NCBI GenBank assembly: GCA_937875395.1
Contig: CALNCU010000227.1
Location: forward strand, 1,297-65,296
Source: an uncultured Armatimonadetes bacterium
Lineage (GTDB): Bacteria; Armatimonadota; UBA5829; DTJY01
Length of the DNA: 64,000 bases
Reading direction: 5' to 3'
Below the pieces are notes generated by a model. The model did no database searches. It was not told the origin of the DNA and was given only the letters and a program-made list of their open reading frames with translations. Positions 59,782-64,000 of the stretch are shown here, piece after piece. Numbering within the stretch: the first letter of the stretch is position 1; each line of letters begins with the position of its first letter. The translations under genes and the position numbers were made by a program.

Positions 59782-61452
59782 ATGATTATGAAAAAAGATA
59801 CTGTTAAAATGGCAGCGGCCGCCTGCAGCACAATGCGGCAATCCTGTGCAAGGTTTTGCCGGTCTAACGGTGATCTGCTGCTGATTCTGTTCTTTGCAGC
59901 GGCCGTGTTGCTTGCCAACATAGGGGTTGCCCGCGAGTTCTACTCCGACGATGAATACCTGTACGCCAAGATTGCCGCAGAGATGTTTCACAGGGGCGAT
60001 CTGTGGGTGCCCACGTGGCTGGGCAAGGCCGCCTTTTACAAGCCTCCCTTTACTTACTGGCTTATGATGCTGGGCTACTCCGTATTTGGAGTAAGCCTTA
60101 CTGCGGCCAGAATCTCCGTTGCCGCAACGGGGGTGTGCACGGCATGGCTTCTCTTTCTTCTTGGGCGACGGTTGTATGGCCGGGAAGGGGCACGGCTTGC
60201 CGGATTGCTCTTTATTACATCATTCGGTTATCTGTTTTACGGCAGGGTGGGGATGATGGATATGCCGTTTACCCTCTTTATTGCCGCCGCAATCTACTCT
60301 TTTTACCGGGCCTTTGAGGATGAATCCAAACAGCATGCAGCAGCGTTCTTTGTGCTTGCGGGGGCATCCACGCTTGTAAAGGGGCCGGTCTCTGCTGTGA
60401 TAATACTGATGTTTGGTGTTCTTATGCTGGTAATCTACGGACGTCCTGGACGCATCTTTAATGCCTGGGGCGCTGCGGGTATTGTTGCCGGTATTGCCCT
60501 GGTTTTGCTCTGGCCCGCCGCCATGTACTTCCGGGGTGAGTGGGGCGAGTGGTACAGGTTCTTTGTATTGCGGGAGAACCTGGGCAAGTTCACAGATCAA
60601 GCGTATTCCATCTTTAAGATGCTGCCGTATATTTTGCAGTACTTCTTTCCCTGGTCTCTGCTGTTTATTGCAGGTGCAGCGGTGCTCTTCCGGAGGGGAG
60701 CCTTAAGCGGCCGAAAATTTGTTTATCCGCTGTTTTGGATGCTTTGCGCAACGGCGGTCTTTATTATTCCGGCCGTAAAGCTTCCCTGGTATATGCTGCC
60801 GTCCCTGCCTGCGGCAGCCTTGTTTACGGCGGGGGCGTGGGTGGAGCTGAAAGGGAGCCGGCCTGCAAGGATTGGGGCGGCCGCTACCGTTATACCGGCG
60901 CTAATTTTACTGGCGGCATTACTTGTTGCGCTAAGGGTCTCCGGGGATGCCGGACTTTGCATTGTGCTTGCGGCGGCATTTGCGGTAAACTTGCTGCTCC
61001 TGCGCTTTTTGCTTGTAGGGGATGTTGCAAAAGGCGCGCTGGCTTACGGAGCCATGGTTATCCTTATAATCCTTGCCGGAGGATGTTTTACGTTTGACAG
61101 GCTCCCCGGAGAAGCAATTGCCATGATGGGTTCCCAAAGCGTGCCGGTAGGCGTTGTAAAAAAGCAGGTTTATCTATACAGCTACTACCTGGACAGACCG
61201 GTCAGGCAGATTTATGAGACTTCTCAGGCGGACGATATTTTATCACGCGGCGGCCGGGTGATTGTGGATGCGCACAACCTTGCAGAGTTTACCCGTGAAG
61301 GCAGCATCCAAAAGATTCATACGCTGCACAAGTGGCGTGAATGGAAGGAGACCATAATGCCCCGGGAAGCAGTTTGTGCCGTTGTTACAGGTAATATACT
61401 GCCTCTTCAGGAGCAGGTCTATCTTATAAAATCTGCAGAGTTGCGGCGTTAA
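59782..61452 (+). CDS. GT83-family (ArnT/PMT_2-like) glycosyltransferase, second copy
   Basis: YSDDEYLYAKIAAEMF...W...YKPPFTYW motif and ~13 TM helices. ATG at 59782, 12 nt after GGAGG. The 59770 codon is GTG. Confidence 0.75.
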   Translation: MIMKKDTVKMAAAACSTMRQSCARFCRSNGDLLLILFFAAAVLLANIGVAREFYSDDEYLYAKIAAEMFHRGDLWVPTWLGKAAFYKPPFTYWLMMLGYSVFGVSLTAARISVAATGVCTAWLLFLLGRRLYGREGARLAGLLFITSFGYLFYGRVGMMDMPFTLFIAAAIYSFYRAFEDESKQHAAAFFVLAGASTLVKGPVSAVIILMFGVLMLVIYGRPGRIFNAWGAAGIVAGIALVLLWPAAMYFRGEWGEWYRFFVLRENLGKFTDQAYSIFKMLPYILQYFFPWSLLFIAGAAVLFRRGALSGRKFVYPLFWMLCATAVFIIPAVKLPWYMLPSLPAAALFTAGAWVELKGSRPARIGAAATVIPALILLAALLVALRVSGDAGLCIVLAAAFAVNLLLLRFLLVGDVAKGALAYGAMVILIILAGGCFTFDRLPGEAIAMMGSQSVPVGVVKKQVYLYSYYLDRPVRQIYETSQADDILSRGGRVIVDAHNLAEFTREGSIQKIHTLHKWREWKETIMPREAVCAVVTGNILPLQEQVYLIKSAELRR

Positions 61453-62399
61453 GAGAGGCTATTGCGCACAAGGGCAAAGAGGAGCGGAAGCATTATCTCA
61501 TGGTGCCCGGTGAGAGAGTATGCGCTGCCGCTGCTCATGGTGGGGCGGTGCAGCACGTTTACCATAGGCCGGTAGTGCTGATTCATATCCATATTCACAG
61601 TGGTAAAATCTTTAACAGGCTCCTTTGAGAGGTTCCGGGCTGCATTTAGCGCTTTTACAAAGACCTCCGGGAGCACCACTGCCGAACCTATATTAAGGTA
61701 GACGCCTCCATCCCCCATATCGCCAATAACGGAGATAATAAGGCGGAAATCTGTAAAGCTGGCCTGCCCAAGCGCAGAACCGCTGGCTGTGGGGTGCATG
61801 TGTATGGTGTCGCCGCCTACTGCTATGTGCACGGTAACCGGCACTTCAAGCCGGGCCCCGGCGGCCAGAATGCTGTTTTTTTGGCAGGGGGCGTTCAGCT
61901 CTATAAGCTTTTTGCCAAGGGAGGCCCCCATGCCCATCCCGCACCCGGCGCCCTCTGTGATGGCTCCGTTCATGGCTTCTCCGGTCTCCCTTACCATGCC
62001 GAAGCGTCCGTTTTCAAGGCTTGCTGCCACGTCTTCAGAGGTTCGCCCTATTAGCGCCATCTCAAAATCGTGGATGCTGGCGCCGCCGTTCATGGCGACG
62101 GCGCTTATAATCCCCTGCTCCATAAAGTCTATAAGAAGGGGGGCGAGCCCGCATTTTACAACATGTCCGCCAATCCCCACTATTACAGGTTTCTTTTTTT
62201 TGTATGCGGTAACTATTGCCTGCACAACCTTGCGGAGTTCATTTGCCTTTAATATATCTGGCAGGCTGTCTAAAAATGCTCCAAGCCCCGCTCCAGGCTG
62301 GCAGACTTCTGCAAGTTTTGAGGAATCTACCTTGGTTGGGCGCTCTTCTATAGGGAAGGTATTTATGTTTTTTAGATCAGCAGGTGTATAGCGTTTCAT
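61449..62399 (-). CDS. hypothetical protein, possibly deoxyhypusine-synthase-like fold
   Basis: PVIVGIGGHVVKCGLAPLLIDFMEQGIISAVAMNGGASIHDFEMAL loosely resembles the DHS-like NAD-binding pattern. ATG at 62399 (MKRYTPADL); the ORF-track N-extension runs into the REP cluster. Weak call. Confidence 0.4.
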   Translation of the reverse strand: MKRYTPADLKNINTFPIEERPTKVDSSKLAEVCQPGAGLGAFLDSLPDILKANELRKVVQAIVTAYKKKKPVIVGIGGHVVKCGLAPLLIDFMEQGIISAVAMNGGASIHDFEMALIGRTSEDVAASLENGRFGMVRETGEAMNGAITEGAGCGMGMGASLGKKLIELNAPCQKNSILAAGARLEVPVTVHIAVGGDTIHMHPTASGSALGQASFTDFRLIISVIGDMGDGGVYLNIGSAVVLPEVFVKALNAARNLSKEPVKDFTTVNMDMNQHYRPMVNVLHRPTMSSGSAYSLTGHHEIMLPLLFALVRNSLS

Positions 62400-62445
62400 A
62401 ATTATAGTCCTGGCAGCACCCCGCCAAATTAATTTGCGGGTGGCG

Positions 62446-62478
62446 CTTCGGCTGCAAGTGTGAAGTACTGCTCCGAAG
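62446..62478. repeat. REP-like element, degenerate copy D
   Basis: cttcggctgcaagtgtgaagtactgctccgaag. Shares the CTTCGG...CCGAAG arms and a gaagta core. Confidence 0.4.
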
Positions 62479-62509
62479 CCTGGTGGCATGCAAATTTAAA
62501 TATGTCCTG

Positions 62510-62551
62510 GATACTTCAGTCGCAGAGTGCCTTGGCACGCCGCTGCCGAAG
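62510..62551. repeat. REP-like element, copy E (subtype 1, inverted orientation)
   Basis: Reverse complement is cttcggcagcggcgtgccaaggcactctgcgactgaagtatc, about 90% identical to copies A and B. Confidence 0.6.
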
Positions 62552-62573
62552 CAAGGGGCATCACCCCCAAGGC

Positions 62574-62611
62574 GATACTTCGGTCGCAGAGCCGGAGGCG
62601 CCGCTGCCGAA
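62574..62611. repeat. REP-like element, copy F (subtype 2, inverted orientation)
   Basis: Reverse complement is cttcggcagcggcgcctccggctctgcgaccgaagtatc, near-identical to copy C. Confidence 0.6.
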
Positions 62612-62702
62612 GCCCTGTTTGAACTTGCAAATCTACTAGTGATGGAGTAGTTATTTGATTACACAGCAATCTTATGACTATTGCAGGTTCTTTGTCAATA
62701 AT

Positions 62703-64000
62703 TCACAGAGGGTTTTGTTCCGTACCGGCAGATTTTTTTGCCGGGCGAACAAGAGTCTTTTTTAAGTTCCCGCAGGATACCTCTACTTCAAATACTCCAA
62801 TGAATTCGGAATCCCAGGTGATGGCGGCGTCTGCCCGGCCGTTGCTGCCTGTAATTGCCTCACCCTTCTCCGGGGTTCCTCCTGAGACTTTTATAAAGAC
62901 CTTTGCATCCTTTACGGGGTTCTTAAAGGCATCCCAAACGGTGACGGTGACCTGGCTGGCGCACGGTTCTTCACCAGAGACTTCTTCCAGAAGAGGAGTC
63001 ATATTTGCAGGAGGCCCCGCCGCCACCTCTATCTGCCGGGTTGTAATTCTATCCTTATACCGTGCCGTAATGGTGTAGGCGCGGGCAGTGCGTGCGGTGA
63101 AGCTGCCGGACTGGTCTACAAAGATGCCTCCGCCCTCCACGCTCCATATGGTATCCTTTGCGCAGGATTCGCTTACAGGCTGGCCCGTGGCGGGGTCTAC
63201 AAGCAGAAGGCGGCAGATGCTCCCCGCTTCTACGGGGTGGGTTGGGACATCAATCTTTATCTCCGTGCCGGCGTCTCCCTTAAGCGGGGTGCCCAGTACC
63301 GCAACGGCATTTGCAACCGGCCGTTCCCTCCCATCCGACGGGCTGTTTAGAACGCCGTATGCCGTTGCCAGGGTTGTAGACCCGCCTCCATCTAAATTCA
63401 TGGCCTGGACACATCCTTTGCCCAGCATAAGCTTTGCAAGTTCTTGCAGAGTCATCCCTCTGCTTTGGGGCTGCCGGCCGTCAACCGTAACCATAAGCAC
63501 CTTTCCATCTGATGTAGTGCCAATGGCCGTCCGCGGGTGCGCTGCTGTGTATATACTTGTGCCGAAACCTTCTTCTTTGGCACTGTTTACAATTGTTCCG
63601 TCTTTTATAAGACGCGGCCCGCCGCCCACAGCCTCTACAATGCTGTTCCAATCTTTGCCGTCATCTGATTTTAAGTTGAAGAGGATTGTCAGGTTTGTAC
63701 CGGGCTTCAGGTTCTCCTCCAACCACTTTGCCCCGGCCCCTGCGCTGGAGAGGACAAGGGTATCTTCACCCAAGGGCGTGTTGCCTTTACTGGCGCGTAC
63801 TTCTTTAACAGTCCCGGATATGGGTTCGCCCGGCCTTGGGGGATGGCTGGTGCAGACCACAACCTCTGTTCCCTCTGCATTGGTATGCGTAGAAACTGCA
63901 AAGGCGCGGGTGTAGGCCACTATCTTGTTCTTGCCCCGAAGGCGGTTCACGCCGCCCAGGGGACGGGATGCGCCGCCCTCCGCCGTGACGGAGGCTTCAA
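62703..64000 (-). CDS. phosphodiester glycosidase family protein (NAGPA / DUF2233-like), 5'-truncated by window edge
   Basis: RTAIGTTSDGKVLMVTVDGRQPQSRGMTLQELAKLMLGKGCVQAMNLDGGGSTTL signature. The reading frame stays open upstream of the GTG at 63950 to the window end, so the N-terminus lies outside the window. Confidence 0.6.
   Translation of the reverse strand, partial: EASVTAEGGASRPLGGVNRLRGKNKIVAYTRAFAVSTHTNAEGTEVVVCTSHPPRPGEPISGTVKEVRASKGNTPLGEDTLVLSSAGAGAKWLEENLKPGTNLTILFNLKSDDGKDWNSIVEAVGGGPRLIKDGTIVNSAKEEGFGTSIYTAAHPRTAIGTTSDGKVLMVTVDGRQPQSRGMTLQELAKLMLGKGCVQAMNLDGGGSTTLATAYGVLNSPSDGRERPVANAVAVLGTPLKGDAGTEIKIDVPTHPVEAGSICRLLLVDPATGQPVSESCAKDTIWSVEGGGIFVDQSGSFTARTARAYTITARYKDRITTRQIEVAAGPPANMTPLLEEVSGEEPCASQVTVTVWDAFKNPVKDAKVFIKVSGGTPEKGEAITGSNGRADAAITWDSEFIGVFEVEVSCGNLKKTLVRPAKKSAGTEQNPL

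Noticed and set aside
62430-62630. Possible CRISPR array from clustered repeats
   Set aside because: The repeats are imperfect, occur in inverted as well as direct orientation, have irregular spacers (22 and 31 bp), are also present singly at 20.1 kb and 53.2 kb, and no cas genes are present. I interpret them as REP/BIME-like elements.

Overview
This is a 64 kb chromosomal segment, roughly 55-60% GC with two lower-GC patches, from a Gram-negative bacterium. An H-X9-DG (DUF1559) pseudopilin, RNase Y, many Gfo/Idh/MocA and xylose-isomerase-like genes, and a full lipid A/LPS gene set suggest a PVC-superphylum or Armatimonadota-like lineage, but this is only an inference. I call about 59 protein-coding genes and see no rRNA, tRNA, CRISPR array, transposase or integrase. 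Where a first codon in the ORF track turned out to be TTG or GTG, I re-derived the start from the sequence. All functional calls rest on motifs I recognise in the translations, not on database searches.

From left to right on the minus strand the genes are: a GH109-like oxidoreductase, a UbiA prenyltransferase, a secreted PKD protein, the cinA-thpR-recA-recX-rny-ymdB block, a FecCD/BtuCDF-type ABC importer and cdsA. A lower-GC patch follows (13.5-18.3 kb) holding a large GH84-like CBM-rich glycosidase, the pseudopilin and an AraC regulator. Next come hisF-hisI, an orphan PorD-type ferredoxin, an RsbU-like sensor phosphatase, an MFS transporter, infA, a small outer-membrane beta-barrel and an M16 peptidase pair. 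These are followed by hpf with fructokinase-fba-1-PFK, and an ECF sigma / anti-sigma / RseB-like module.

The most unusual region spans 34.5-42 kb. A PocR-domain histidine kinase and an AraC-output response regulator sit immediately upstream of a tightly coupled five-gene operon: a DegT aminotransferase, a cyclase-family hydrolase, an AAC(3)-type N-acetyltransferase fused to a xylose-isomerase-like TIM barrel, a creatininase-family amidohydrolase and a Gfo/Idh/MocA dehydrogenase. I read this as a candidate keto-amino-sugar or aminocyclitol tailoring or catabolic system that, to my knowledge, has not been described as a unit.

The right third (43.7-61.5 kb) is an LPS core and lipid A biosynthesis and remodelling locus: GT2, GT4 and GT9 transferases, an FkbM methyltransferase, msbA, two tandem GT19 (LpxB-family) paralogs, two ArnT-like GT83 enzymes, an ArnC/Dpm1-like GT2 and a PAP2 phosphatase. 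Part of it (44.7-49.1 kb) is also lower-GC.

A family of roughly 40-bp imperfect palindromic REP-like elements recurs at three intergenic loci, with six copies in two sequence subtypes.
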